From: Macrostomum lignano
Lineage: Eukaryota
NCBI GenBank assembly: GCA_002269645.1
Contig: NIVC01000215.1
Coordinates: 720,086 to 784,085, forward strand
Reading direction: 5' to 3'
DNA: 64,000 nt
Part shown: positions 1 through 13,300 of the stretch, piece after piece
How positions within the stretch are numbered: the first letter of the stretch is position 1
Layout of the letters: every line of letters starts with the position of its first letter
Position numbers and translations under genes: made by a program
The notes under the pieces: model-generated
What the model saw: only the letters and a program-made list of their open reading frames with translations
The model's database searches: none
Told to the model about the DNA's origin: nothing

Positions 1-1784
1 TATTGCAGCTAGCGTATTATAACTACTGTATTCTAGAAACTTCCGCGTAAACACGCACTTTCCATATTTGGCATTTTGAATTTCCGCGCACCACCTTTCT
101 AGAAACTGCTTCTCGAACTTTCCGGATTCCGGAATGTTCCATCAACACGAATATAAATATACAGCACCCTAGCACGCAATTACTCAAGCCCGTTCTCTCT
201 ATTCTTTTCCACACGGAAAACAATCAAAGAAAAATTAAAGCAAACGAACCACCGCGTTCCACGCCTCAATTATTTTCGTAATACTACAACCTCACTTAGC
301 ACAATTTTTCACTTTCTTCTTGGCGATTGTCATTCAATAATAAAAACTTTATAGCACGTATCTCCCTCTAGTTATGGAGACAAAAAGTTATACTTCACAA
401 ATTGGTTCTGGTTCTGGAACCAGAACAAGCGATATGAAAAGGCCCTTATAGTATCTATTTAATATTTAGGTGAAACATTAAAAATCGCCTCGACTCGAAA
501 CCACAGTGAAATATCAAGCTCAAATTAGCAACAAATGTTCGTTTTCTTGTTGCAGTTTGTAGTGCGAAAGGTTATTCGTCAAAGTATTGGTTTTTTATAC
601 TTTTTTGTTAAAGTTCTACATTTATAGATGTATCAATACAAATTAGCAAGGGACCCAAATGCGTGACACGTGAATGACGTGTTAGTGGTACTAGGCAGTG
701 CGTTGTGGCTGCGGATCTTCGTTCGATTCACTGCTTCAACCATGCAATATGCATGAGTCATGACATTATATTGACAAGTCATTTGAAGTCTAAAACTAAA
801 ACCCAACTGTCAATAACTTTTCGTTGTCATTAACCATTATCAGCTGATGGTTTTGTTGTCAGGCCCTAATACTAGGCCTAGTAATAGTTGCGTTTTATTA
901 TGTAACTAAATATTTTCTATTCTATAGTCGTGAATTTGCATTTTCTAGAAATTTCTGGCACACAATTTTTATTTGAATTTAAGTCTTGTGCTGCATATAT
1001 GCCTGAATTTTGGTATATAGCATATACTGTATGGGCTAGGCCTATGCTATAGCCAGTATAGCACATATAAATTTATTCAAGCAAAAAGGCTGAACAATGC
1101 CACTATTGTTTGTACAAGCATGAAAATCATATTTAAGTTATAAAAAATTTATTTTGTCAAAAAATTAATAATAAAAGTTATACCTATATAGCATAAAAAA
1201 TAAATATATAGGCCTAGACATAGTTGAACCATTTCTAATATATTGTTGTTAGCCTAAAGTGTAGGGCCTAAATACACAAAGGATAATAGGGCCTAGCTTT
1301 ATCAAGAAGCATGTAGGCTAGGAGATTTTAGACTCATTGCTAATAGTTGGCATATTTGCCTATCCAATGCATTAGGCCCTAGACCCCTACCTTAGGGCCT
1401 AGTAAATTTTGTCTAGGACTCTAGGGCCTAGGCCCTAGCATACTAGGCCTATCTATGTTTAAGACAAAAACTTTCTGCCCCTATGCCCTAATTCCTAAAA
1501 ACTAAAATTCAAAATCTATCCTAATGCCCTATTGAAGTAGGTCTAGTCTTAATTTCTACCTTTAGCTAAGCTATGGGCATTGAGGTCTATCCAATTTAGG
1601 CCTAATTATTTAGTCATTTACTTCCAAATCTATATTGCAATATTGGCCAATTAATAGCAACATGGCTTGGCTCTAGCATGCCAGTTGACCACTTTGCTGT
1701 TCTTTATCATACTTTGCCCTTGACTTAGCCTTACCTACCCTGCCTTGCCCTGATTTATCCTCAAAGCTACCTTGATTGGGTGAT

Positions 1785-3992
1785 GGTCATTTTGTCAACT
1801 GGCGTTTTGTCAACTCGGTTGACAAAGTGACCAAAGTATTGGGGCGACTTTACTTGCAGTTGACGAAATGACCAATGCCTAGGTCCTTCCCATTTGCTTT
1901 TTGACGAAGTGACTAAAATTTTCATTATATGAATGATAACGTATGTAGCTGATACAGCTGCATATCTTGTATAGCTTACAATTATTGTTATATTGATGAC
2001 TTGTTTTATTAATTGCCTTATTTTTTAAAAATGAACAAATTTTGCAATACCAGACTGCATGTCCATTAGGTTAAATGTTTTGATGCAAATATTCTATGCA
2101 AATGCGTCACCCTATGCGCACTCATACCTATATGCGTCCGGGCATTAATGAATATTGAGTATTTGTATGTTATGTGACCATACACGCAACTACATAACAT
2201 GGGTATTTCTTCTATCAAAATGCATTGAGGACTGCTATAAAGTCCCCTATACGAGTATATGGAGTCATGAAAATTGGTGGACTGTGTGCGCCTAATTCCC
2301 ACGCCTCCACCCTGCTGTACACAGTCAACCAAAGCCCCCGCAGCAAATCTTGCTATCCGGTAATGCTCTTGATCGGAGTATATAATTTACGCACGATTCA
2401 CGCGCGCTCATTGATCGATCATGCCATATAAAGTATTTCACTCCGCTGTCATGCTTAACTAAAATGTACAATATGCACTGTAAGAAGGCACAAGCAGACA
2501 GACGCAAAGGCACAGGCAGACGACAGGCAAACTGATCGGCGATATTGGGTGCAGTACCACAGCGGCGTGCTCTTGATTTGTGCATTAATTCTTGCTTATG
2601 TAGCTGCACAAGACTTGGCCATGTGCCTAAGCCTAGTGCTTTTACGTGTAGGGTTAGCAAACTTTTTACCTCAAGGGCCAGATTGAGAACCTAGCACAAT
2701 GACTGCCCTTCTGGGTCCGCTTCGCTGGGCCCCTAAGCAAAATGCACCCAGGAGTCCCTGATGATTGCAAGCCATGCAAAGGAGGGAGAGAGGATAGGAA
2801 TAGAGAAGAGAAATATGAGCTGGCGTACTCGTAGAAGAAAGGAAGGCAAAGGAATAAGGATAAGAAAGTATACGATCGAGAGGAGAGATGAAATAGGAGA
2901 GGATCGATCGAGAGGAGAGGAGAGGAGAGACGAAATAGAGAAGAGAGGAGAGGAGCTGAGGATTGAGAGAGGAGGGAAGGGAGAAGAGAATGGCTACTCC
3001 AACACAGAATTGAATATTGGCCTGGGCCCTGGATATGTCATAATGCCACAAACTAACAACAGGAGTTTGGGTGCCCTTAGATTAGAAGAAATTATGTGCA
3101 ATGTGCCCTCCCATCATTAGCCCTCCCCCACTCTGAAATGTTCCGACACTACTGGCTTGAGCTATAGTACATTTACATGGTAGTCTGGGGAGTCCTGCAG
3201 TCCGAGGCCAGCTTAATGTACAGCTGACCGCTAGAGGGCAGCGTTGTTCCAGGCGAGGCGGTGATCGAGACCATCCTGCTGTATACTGTCAAGACCTGGA
3301 CGCTGATGAAGTTGCTCGAGCAACAAGTTGACGCGACGCACGCTGGCCTGCTGCGCGCCGCCTTCAAGATCGCCTATGCGAGTGACCAACACGGCTTTTG
3401 TATCACCGCGCCGACCTGTTCCGTCCAACAAGCAACCTGCTGCGCAGTCATACATGACCACATTCATGTATGTAATGGCTTGATTTGGAATGCTTTCTAT
3501 ATGTATGTTTTGCGAATAGAGGACCCGGCCACTTCAAGCGTTATCTTTGGTCTGGGTTCTCCTCAACTACATGTACTACTTCTTAATTAACTTCTGCATT
3601 CAAAATTTAAAATATACAAATGTGCACACGGCATGTCAACCCCGTCATGCTGCACACGTTTCAAACACATGAGCACATTATATTTTGTTAGTACATGTAC
3701 AAGCGTATAACAGAGACGCATCGATCGAAAGCCGGCAGATGTTGCAGAGGGTATGAATATTAATTAGCCTGTCGACTTAGTCATTTCAGGGTTCAGTTTT
3801 ACTTTTTTGTGGCTGCGGGGGGTAGTTTATTGGCAGTTGACGAAGTGACCAATGTTGGAACACTTCCTGTTGGCCAGTTGACAAAGTGACCAAGGTTTGA
3901 GATCGCTTCATTGGCTAGTTGACGAAACGACCAGTGATAAAACCAAGTTGATGAAATGGCCAGTTGACGAAACGCCAGTTGACAAAATGACT
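1785..3992. mobile_element. Non-autonomous TIR DNA transposon (superfamily not assigned)
   Basis: 1786-1815 GTCATTTTGTCAACTGGCGTTTTGTCAACT is the reverse complement (1 mismatch) of 3962-3991. Subterminal GTTGAC(G/A)AA(G/A)TGACC-like motifs recur at both ends (1818, 1859, 1904; 3836, 3877, 3918, 3947). The same CCTTG/CCCTG low-complexity tract lies on both flanks. No clear TSD. Confidence 0.65.
3180..3385 (+). pseudogene. Decayed non-LTR retrotransposon (RTE-like) RT C-terminal fragment nested in the TIR element
   Basis: Translation (RAALFQA)/AVIETILLYTVKTWTLMKLLEQQVDATHAGLLRAAFKI resembles the 'LF.A.V..VLLYG.ETWTL' motif downstream of RT domains of RTE-type LINEs; frameshifted and truncated. 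Confidence 0.55.
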
Positions 3993-4381
3993 AGGACCCC
4001 CCTGATCTACCTAGACCTGCCTTTGCCCTACTTTACCCTGCCCTGTCTTGCCCTTCTGCTCTGCCCCATGCTAAATTTGCCCCAAATTTTTAGTGAAAAA
4101 TCCATCCTCTTGACTATATTCTATACTCTATAGAATGTATAATTGATATATATTCAAGGCTAGGGCCTAGTTAAGATTGTTATTTTTTATTAGAAAATAG
4201 ACCTTTTCTCTTAAGACAAAAAATCAAATTAATTATAGATCTACACATGTTATTGATCTTAATATGCATGATAATTTAGTTGTTAAAGTCATATATATTT
4301 AATATTTAACCTAAATTTTTCACATATAAACAAATAGGCCCCATTCAAATTTATAGAATCTACTCAACTTCTAAAAATACC

Positions 4382-7300
4382 ATGGAGACTAAAGAAATCA
4401 CAGATGAGGTATGTTCATTTTCAATTCATTTTTTCATTTCCAAAAAAGAATCAAAAGATATATTTAAAAATCAACTATTGATATTTTAGAATCCTTCCAA
4501 GGTTGTAATCAATGAGACTGCTTCTCAAAAGGAAGAAATTGATTCTATTTCTAAGGAATCTGATTTGATTAATCAATTGTCTGAAGCTGCTGTTGAGATT
4601 AATCTATGTGAAGCACTAGCTGGAGGCCCTGATGATGCTGAAGATGATATTGAAGAACATGAAGCTGTTCTTGCTGCTGTTGAGACTGAGTCAGCCAGCT
4701 ATGATGAAGAACCGGTCAAACATGAATCTGGCATACCTGCTGAAAGTGATTCTTTAAAGGTATCTATAATTTCTATCTTGCATATAGAAGATAGAAAAAC
4801 TATTATCTACAAAATTTGCATACTCAAGATTAAAAGTCATTTTTTTTCTAATCTAATTTTCAGGATGTGAAACCCAAGCTATGTTTTATTTGTCAAACAG
4901 CTGTGGCTTCTCTGTTCTGCGAAAGCTGCAGTTCAGGTGAGCACTTTTTAACAAATCCACATTAAAGAATAGCCTAACATTTATAGAATTTACATTAAAG
5001 TTAGTAAACAATAATTTAACAAAAATGAATTTCAGAGCACATTTCGACCAATTTATGCCTGCATTGCTTTATTAAGTATCACAAAGGTGACATTAAGCAT
5101 GGAGCTCGTGTGCTTTCAGCCGATGTAAGCAATTTATTGAATTATTGGTTGTTTGTTCTAAATATTACTAATATGCTGTTAATAATGCTTCCCTACTAAA
5201 TTATGTTTTAATCTAGGAAATAATTAAAAATCTACAAGCTGAGATCAACACTTTGGAGATGCCCTACTCGCTTAGAGACTATGACAGCCTCATTGACAAT
5301 AAAGTGTTTAAAAACAGGTATTTTGTTACTGTTACTTGTTACGCTAAATTGATTCTTCAATAGGCTACATGTCCTTCATTAGGCTACATCTTCACTTCAT
5401 TAGGCTACATCTATCCTTCATTAGGCTATATCTATCCTTCATTAGGCTATATCTATCCTTCATTAGGCTACATCTTCACTTCATTAGGCTACACCTATCC
5501 TTCATTAGGCTACATTTTTCCTTCATTAGGCTACATCTAGGCTACATCTATCCTTCATTAGGTTACATCTACCCTTCATTAAGCTACCCAATCCTTCATT
5601 AGGCTACACCTATCCTTCATTAAGCTACACCTATCCTTCATTAGGCTACACCTATCCTTCATTAGGCTACACCTATCCTTCATTAGGCTACACCTATCCT
5701 TCATTAGGCTACATCTATCCTTCATTAGGCTACATCTACCCTTCATTAGGCTACATCTATCCTTCATTAGGCTACCCAATCCTTCATTAAGCTACCCAAT
5801 CCTTCATTAAGCTACCCAATCCTTCATTAGGCTACACCTGTCCTTCATTAGGCTACATCTGTACTTCGTTCTACTCAATGCTTCATTAGGCATACATCTA
5901 TTCTTCAGAAGGAACCTTCCTCCCACCCCCTAACGCTCCCCCTCAGTTACCTGGCTCTGCTCACCGAGTGCAAGGGCGTCACGGCTGAGTTGATAGGCCG
6001 AGCCCAGCGCTTCATAAACGCATTGCAAGAGCGCGACTCCGTAGAGTGCAGAGAATTGCGTAACGCTTGGCGAGAAAAAGAGGACCGATTGAAATTCGCT
6101 CGCAGTGTGCAGCAAGCCAACTGTGCCAAGGTTCAGCAGTACCAGTGCCGGCTGGCTGCGGCTATCACCCGGCTAGAGAAGCTGAGAGACGGCGGCGGTC
6201 AGGGTGACGGCGAGGCTGCCGAACTCACTGATGACGGCGACTGTAGTGGTTTGCTGGAACAGCTGACCAATATTTATCAAGTAAGCTGGCTTCCTGCGGG
6301 GTTGGGATCTGATTCCCCGTAGTTGGGATCTGATTCCCCGTAGTTGGGATCTGATTCCCCGTAGTTGGGATCTGATTCTCCGTAGTTGGGATCTGATTCT
6401 CCGTAGTTGGGATCTGATTCTCCGTAGTTGGGATCTGATTCCCCACAGTTGGGATCTGATTCTCCGTAGTTGGGATCTGATCCCCCGTAGTTGGGATCTG
6501 ATTCTCCGTAGTTGGGATCTGATTCTCCGTAGTTGGGATCTGATTCTCCGTAGTTGGGATCTGATTCCCCACAGTTGGGATCTGATTCTCCGTAGTTGGG
6601 ATCTGATTCCCCGTAGTTGGGATCTGATTCCCCGTAGTTGGGATCTGATTCCCCGTAGTTGGGATCTGATTCTCCGTAGTTGGGATCTGATCCCCCGTAG
6701 TTGGGATCTGATTCTCCGTAGTTGGGATCTGATTCTCCGTAGTTGGGATCTGATTCTCCGTAGTTGGGATCTGATTCCCCACAGTTGAGATCTGATTCTC
6801 CGTAGTTGGGATCTGATTCCCCGTAGTTGGGATCTGATTCCCCACAGTTAATATCTGATTCCCCACAGTTGGGATCTGATCCCCCGTAGTTGGGATCTGA
6901 TCCCCCGTAGTTGGGATCTGATTCTCCGTAGTTGGGATCTGATTCTCCGTAGTTGGGATCTGATTCTCCGTAGTTGGGATCTGATTCCCCGTAGTTGGGA
7001 TCTGATTCTCCGTAGTTGGGATCTGATTCCCCGTAGTTGGGATCTGATTCCCCGTAGTTGGGATCTGATTCCCCGTAGTTGGGATCTGATTCCCCACAGT
7101 TAATATCTGATTCCCCACAGTTAATATCTGATTCCCCACAGTTGGGATCTGATCCCCCGTAGTTGGGATCTGATCCCCCGTAGTTGGGATCTGATTCTCC
7201 GTAGTTGGGATCTGATTCCCCACAGTTAATATCTGATTCCCCACAGTTGGGATCTGATCCCCCGTAGTTGAGATCTGATCCCCCGTAGTTGGGATCTGAT

Positions 7301-10300
7301 TCTCCGTAGTTGGGATCTGATTCCCCGTAGTTGGGATCTGATTCCCCGTAGTTGGGATCTGATTCCCCACAGTTAATATCTGATTCCCCACAGTTGGGAT
7401 CTGATCCCCCGTAGTTGGGATCTGATCCCCCGTAGTTGGGATCTGATTCTCCGTAGTTGGGATCTGATTCTCCGTAGTTGGGATCTGATTCCCCGTAGTT
7501 GGGATCTGATTCTCCGTAGTTGGGATCTGATTCTCCGTAGTTGGGATCTGATTCTCCGTAGTTGGGATCTGATTCTCCGTAGTTGGGATCTGATCCCCCG
7601 TAGTTGGGATCTGATTCCCCGTAGTTGGTATCTGATTCCCCACAGTTAATATCTGATTCCCCACAGTTGGGATCTGATCCCCCGTAGTTGGGATCTGATT
7701 CTCCGTAGTTGGGATCTGATTCCCCGTAGTTGGGATCTGATTCCCCGTAGTTGGGACCTGATTCCCCACAGTTAATATCTGATTCCCCACAGTTAATATC
7801 TGATTCCCCACAGTTGGGATCTGATTCCCCACAGTTGGGATCTGATTCCCCACAGTTGGGATCTGATCCCCCGTAGTTGGGATCTGATTCTCCGTAGTTG
7901 GGATCTGATTCCCCGTAGTTGGGATCTGATTCCCCACAGTTAATATCTGATTCCCCACAGTTAATATCTGATTCCCCACAGTTGGGATCTGATTCCCCAC
8001 AGTTGGGATCTGATCCCCCGTAGTTGGGATCTGATTCCCCGTAGTTGGGATCTGATTCCCGATAGTTGGGATCTGATTCCCTACAGTAGGGATCTGATTC
8101 CCCACAGTAGGAAACTAATTCCCCACAGTAGGGATCTGATTCCCCACAGTAGGGATCTGACTCCCCACAGTAGGGATCTGATTCCCCACAGTAGGGATCT
8201 GATTCCCCACAGTAGGGATCTAATTTACCACACTTGGGAATTAATTCAAACAGTTCGCACAAAAATCCGCTGCAACCCCTCAGTCCAAGCCGCAGCCGCA
8301 GCAGCAGCCAGTTCTGTCCCCAGACGAGCCGTTGCTTCTCATACAGTTTGCCGCTCCCAGCAACCTAGCGGATCTGCTGGACCGATTCTCCTCAGTTTGC
8401 AGCGAAATCGAGCGAGTATTCAGCGTCCCCTATACTCGCCATCCGGTCAGCTCCGGTACCCTGGTGAGCCGTGGCTCCTCTCTGCTAACCGGATTGCCAA
8501 CCTCCGTGTCACCGGGCGACACTCTCACCTATCGATTGATTGACAGTCGCGTATTGGGCTACGGTCTGTTCGGCGCCGCTCTGGATCATCCTCATCGGTC
8601 CTGCCTGTTGCGGGCTATGGCTACTGATGTCTCGCTTAAATTAGCTAGCGGCCAATTGAATCTATCCAATCAATTATTGTCTGGCTATGTACCGAAGATT
8701 GGCGACCAAGTGTTGGCTAGGTGCGAGGGCTTCTGGCGTCGCGGTCGGGTGGCTTATTCTCACGATTCGGGCTTTTCATCTGCTAATAGCGGCCTTACCT
8801 ATTGGGGAGTGCAGCTAACTGATATGGTTCGGATTGAGAAGGTTGCGTCCAATGATATCATCGATGTTAGCAGGTTAGTGTTCTTTTTTAGCCCGTGTTT
8901 TAACTACCTAGAACGTTCAGATCCTTCAGGTTCAGCTCAGATCCTTCACGTTCAGCTCAGATCCTTCAGGTTCAGCTCAGATCCTTCACGTTTAGCTCAG
9001 ATCCTTCACGTTTAGCTCAGATCCTTAACGTTCAGCTCAGATCCTTCAGGTTCAGCTCAGATCCTTCAGGTTCAGCTCCAATGCTTCAGATTCAGCTCCA
9101 ATGCTTCAGGTTCAGCTCAGATCCTTCAGGTTCAGCTCCGATGCTTCAGGTTCAGCTCAGATCCTTCAGGTTCAGCTCAGATCCTTCAGATTCAGCTCCA
9201 ATGCTTCAGGTTCAGCTCAGATCCTTCAGATTCAGCTCCGATGCTTCAGGTTCAGCTCAGATCCTTCAGGTTCAGCTCCGATGCTTCAGGTTCAGCTCAG
9301 ATCCTTCAGGTTCAGCTCAGATCCTTCAGATTCAGCTCCGATGCTTCAGGTTCAGCTCAGATCCTTCAGATTCAGCTCCGATGCTTCAGGTTCAGCTCAG
9401 ATCCTTCAGGTTCAGCTCAGATCCTTCAGATTCAGCTCCGATGCTTCAGGTTCAGCTCAGATCCTTCAGATTCAGCTCCGATGCTTCAGGTTTAGCTCAG
9501 ATCCTTCAGATTCAGCTCCGATGCTTCAGGTTCAGCTCAGATCCTTCAGATTCAGCTCCGATGCTTCAGGTTCAGCTCAGATCCTTCAGATTCAGCTCCG
9601 ATGCTTCAGGTTCAGCTCAGATCCTTCAGATTCAGCTCCGATGCTTCAGGTTCAGCTCAGATCCTTCAGGTTTCAGCTGATGCTTCAGGTTCAGCTCAGA
9701 TCCTTCACGTTTAGCTCAGATCCTTCACGTTTAGCTCAGATCCTTAACGTTCAGCTCAGATCCTTCAGGTTCAGCTCAGATCCTTCAGGTTCAGCTCCAA
9801 TGCTTCAGATTCAGCTCCAATGCTTCAGGTTCAGCTCAGATCCTTCAGGTTCAGCTCAGATCCTTCAGTTTCAGCTCAGATCCTTCAGATTCAGCTCCAA
9901 TGCTTCAGGTTCAGCTCAGATCCTTCAGATTCAGCTCCAATGCTTCAGGTTCAGCTCAGATCCTTCAGATTCAGCTCCAATGCTTCAGGTTCAGCTCAGA
10001 TCCTTCAGGTTCAGCTCCGATGCTTCAGGTTCAGCTCAGATCCTTCAGGTTCATTTCAGATCCTTCAGGTTGAGTGCCAGTGCTTTAGGTTGAGCTCCAA
10101 TGCTTCAGGTTCAGCCCCAATGCTTCATGTCCAGTTCCAATGCTTCAGGATCAGCTCCAATGCTTCAGGTTGAGTTCCAATGCTTCAGGATCAGCTCCAA
10201 TGCTTCAGGTTGAGCTCCAATGCTTCAAGATCAGCTCCAATGCTTCAAGATCAGCTCCAATGCTTCAGGTTAAGCTCCAATGCTTCAGGTTGAGCTCCAA

Positions 10301-13300
10301 TGCTTCATGTCCAGTTCCAATGCTTCAGGATCAGCTCCAATGCTTCAGGATCAGCTCCAATGCTTCAGGTTAAGCTCCAATGCTTCAGGTTAAGCTCCAA
10401 TGCTTCAGGTTGAGCTCCAATGCTTCAAGATCAGCTCCAATGCTTCAAGATCAGCTCCAATGCTTCAGGTTGAGCTCCAATGCTTCAGGTTGAGCTCCAG
10501 TGCTTCAGGTTGAGCTCCAATGCTTCAGGTTGAGCTCCAATGCTTCAGGTTGAGCTCCAATGCTTCAGGTTAAGCTCCAATGCTTCAGGTTAAGCTCCAA
10601 TGCTTCAGGATCAGCTCCAATGCTTCAGGTTGAGCTCCAATGCTTCAGGATCAGCTCCAATGCTTCAGGATCAGCTCCAATGCTTCAGGATCAGCTCCAA
10701 TGCTTCAGGTTGAGCTCCAATGCTTTAGGATCAGCTCCAATGCTTCAGGTTGAGCTCCAATGCTTCAGGTTGAGCTCCAATGCTTCAGGTTGAGCTCCAA
10801 TGCTTCAGGTTAAGCTCCAATGCTTCAGGATCAGCTCCAATGCTTCAGGATCAGCTCTAACGCTTCAGGATCAGCTCCAATGCTTCCGCTTTAGCTCTGG
10901 TATCTTATTATTGATATGCCATTTAGTACTTAAACCACTTATTACAAAATTTATTAAGTTATTAACACAAGCCCTCATTAACCTGAAATCTCCGCAGTAC
11001 CCCAAACGGTTACGGCCGTTTCCCGGACATTCCTCAGCTGGCTATTCTCGCCTGCCTAGTTGAACCGTACGAAAAGAGCCCGTTCGAGGACAGGGCTTGG
11101 CTGGCCCGCTGGCTGGCTGATCGCGGCGTCGACTTGCCCGACTGCGGCGGTGCAACGGCCGTCAAGCAGGACGACTTTGATGACGCTGCCAAGGGGCCGC
11201 CGGTTAGGATTCGGATTGTACGACAGATTGAATTCCGCCAGAAGTTGGCGCACCTGGTGCAGCTGTGGCCCTGCGGCACGGACGAAAGCGACAAGGATAA
11301 GGTTTGTGCGGTTTATTTAGCGACATCTTCGACATCATTCATCGACTCATTTACCGACATCATTCATCGACTCATTTACCGACATATTCATCGACTCTTA
11401 TCGACATATTCATCGACTCTTATCGACATATTCATCGACTCATTTTATCGACATATTCATGGACTCATTTACCGACATATTCATCAACTCATTTACCGAC
11501 ATATTCATCGACTCATTTACCGACGTATTCATCGACTCATTTACCTACATATTCATCGACATATTATCGACTTATTCACCGACTCATTTACCGACATATT
11601 CATCGATTCATTTACCGACATATTCATCGACATATTATCGACTTATTCATCGACTCATTTACCCACATATTTATCGACTCATTTACCGACATATTCATCA
11701 ACTCATTTACCGACATATTCATCGACTCTTATCGACATATTCATCGACTCTTATCGACATATTCATCGACACATTTATCGACTTATTCATCAACTCATTT
11801 ACCGACATATTCATCGACTCATTTACCGACATATCCATCGACTCATTTTATCGACATATTCATCGACTCATTTACCGACATATTCATCGACTTATTTACC
11901 GACATATTCATCGACTCATTTATCGACATATTCATCGAAACATTTATCGACTTATTCATCGACTCATTTACCGACATATTCATCGACTCATTTACCGACA
12001 TATTCATCGACTCATTTACCGATATATTCATCAACTCATTTACCGACATATTCATCGACTCATTTACCGATATATTCATCAACTCATTTACCGACATATT
12101 CATCGACTCATTTACCGACATATTCATCGACACATTATCGACATATTTATCGACTCATTTACCCACATATTCATCGACTCATTTACCGACATATTCATCG
12201 ACTCTTATCGACATATTCATCGACTCTTATCGACATATTCATGGACTCATTTTATCGACATATTCATCGACTCATTGACCGACATATTCATCGACTCATT
12301 TACCGACATATTCATCGACTTATTTTATCGACATATTCATCGACTCATTTACCGACATATTCATCGACTCATTTACCGACATATTCATCGACATATTATC
12401 GACTTATTTATCGACTCATTTACCGACATATTCATCGACTCTTATCGACATATTCATCGACTCTTATCGACATATTCATCGACTCTTATCGACATATTCA
12501 TGGACTCATTTTATCGACATATTCATCGACTCATTTACCGACATATTCAGCGACTCATTTTATCGACATATTCATCGACTCATTTACCGACATATTCATC
12601 GACTCATTTTATCGACATATTCATCGACTCATTTACCGACATATTCATCTACTCATTTTATCGACATATTCGACAGATATTTATATATTGAATTTGAGCA
12701 TTATATTAAGCGACAATTTGATGGATAAGTAAATCAAGCAAACTCAAAACAATCCTCCAGATCCAAGCCTGCTCAATCGACTTTGCAAACGAGTTGGAGC
12801 GTCAAAAAAAGGCTCAGGCAGCCGCGTCTCAGTCTGTCTGCCGCGACATCCGACTTGGCACGGATCCCACTGTCAGCTGCTCCAGGGCCATGTTCAATGC
12901 CCCAGCTGGTGAGTGTGTCCAGAGAGAGAGGGGCCTCTAGGAGTGTATTGTGTCAGACTAGACAAGTGTTTTGCATTGACATTGACGCACAACCGGTGAG
13001 AGGCATTACTGCCCATTCGGCCGACTCCCCATAAGCAGGCACACGTATGCAGTCATACGCACAGACACACACAAGAGTGTACAGCCCTAACTTTATTTAT
13101 CGTTAGGCATGTACACTTCACTGTGCCTTGGGGGTTGGTCAAGCCGAAAGTTCAATTTAGCCCCAAATTAATGTGCCAGACCACTTTGCTACGGCCCACC
13201 CAGTCCTGCAAGTGATGTCTTTTGTAATTAGATCCGCCCTTAATTATTCCGTGAGAGTCTTCTCTATAATTTAAAAAAAATCGCTAAATATCTGAAATAA

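Noticed and set aside
2758-2790. Hammerhead-like CTGATGA followed by a TTGCA/TGCAA stem
   Set aside because: The required GAAA after stem II is absent, and no stem I/III is evident.
5909-5946. Alternative acceptor at 5908 for Tudor-gene exon 6
   Set aside because: Introduces an in-frame TAA; the acceptor at 5946 keeps the frame.
6225-8262. 626-aa and 661-aa minus-strand ORFs (GNQIPTT / GESDPNY repeats)
   Set aside because: Readthrough of a stop-free 21-bp intronic minisatellite, antisense to a well-supported gene.
11304-12732. Long His/Arg/Tyr- or Ser/Thr-rich ORFs in all three plus frames
   Set aside because: The repeat unit has no stop codon in any plus frame; the region lies between a good donor (11302) and acceptor (12760).
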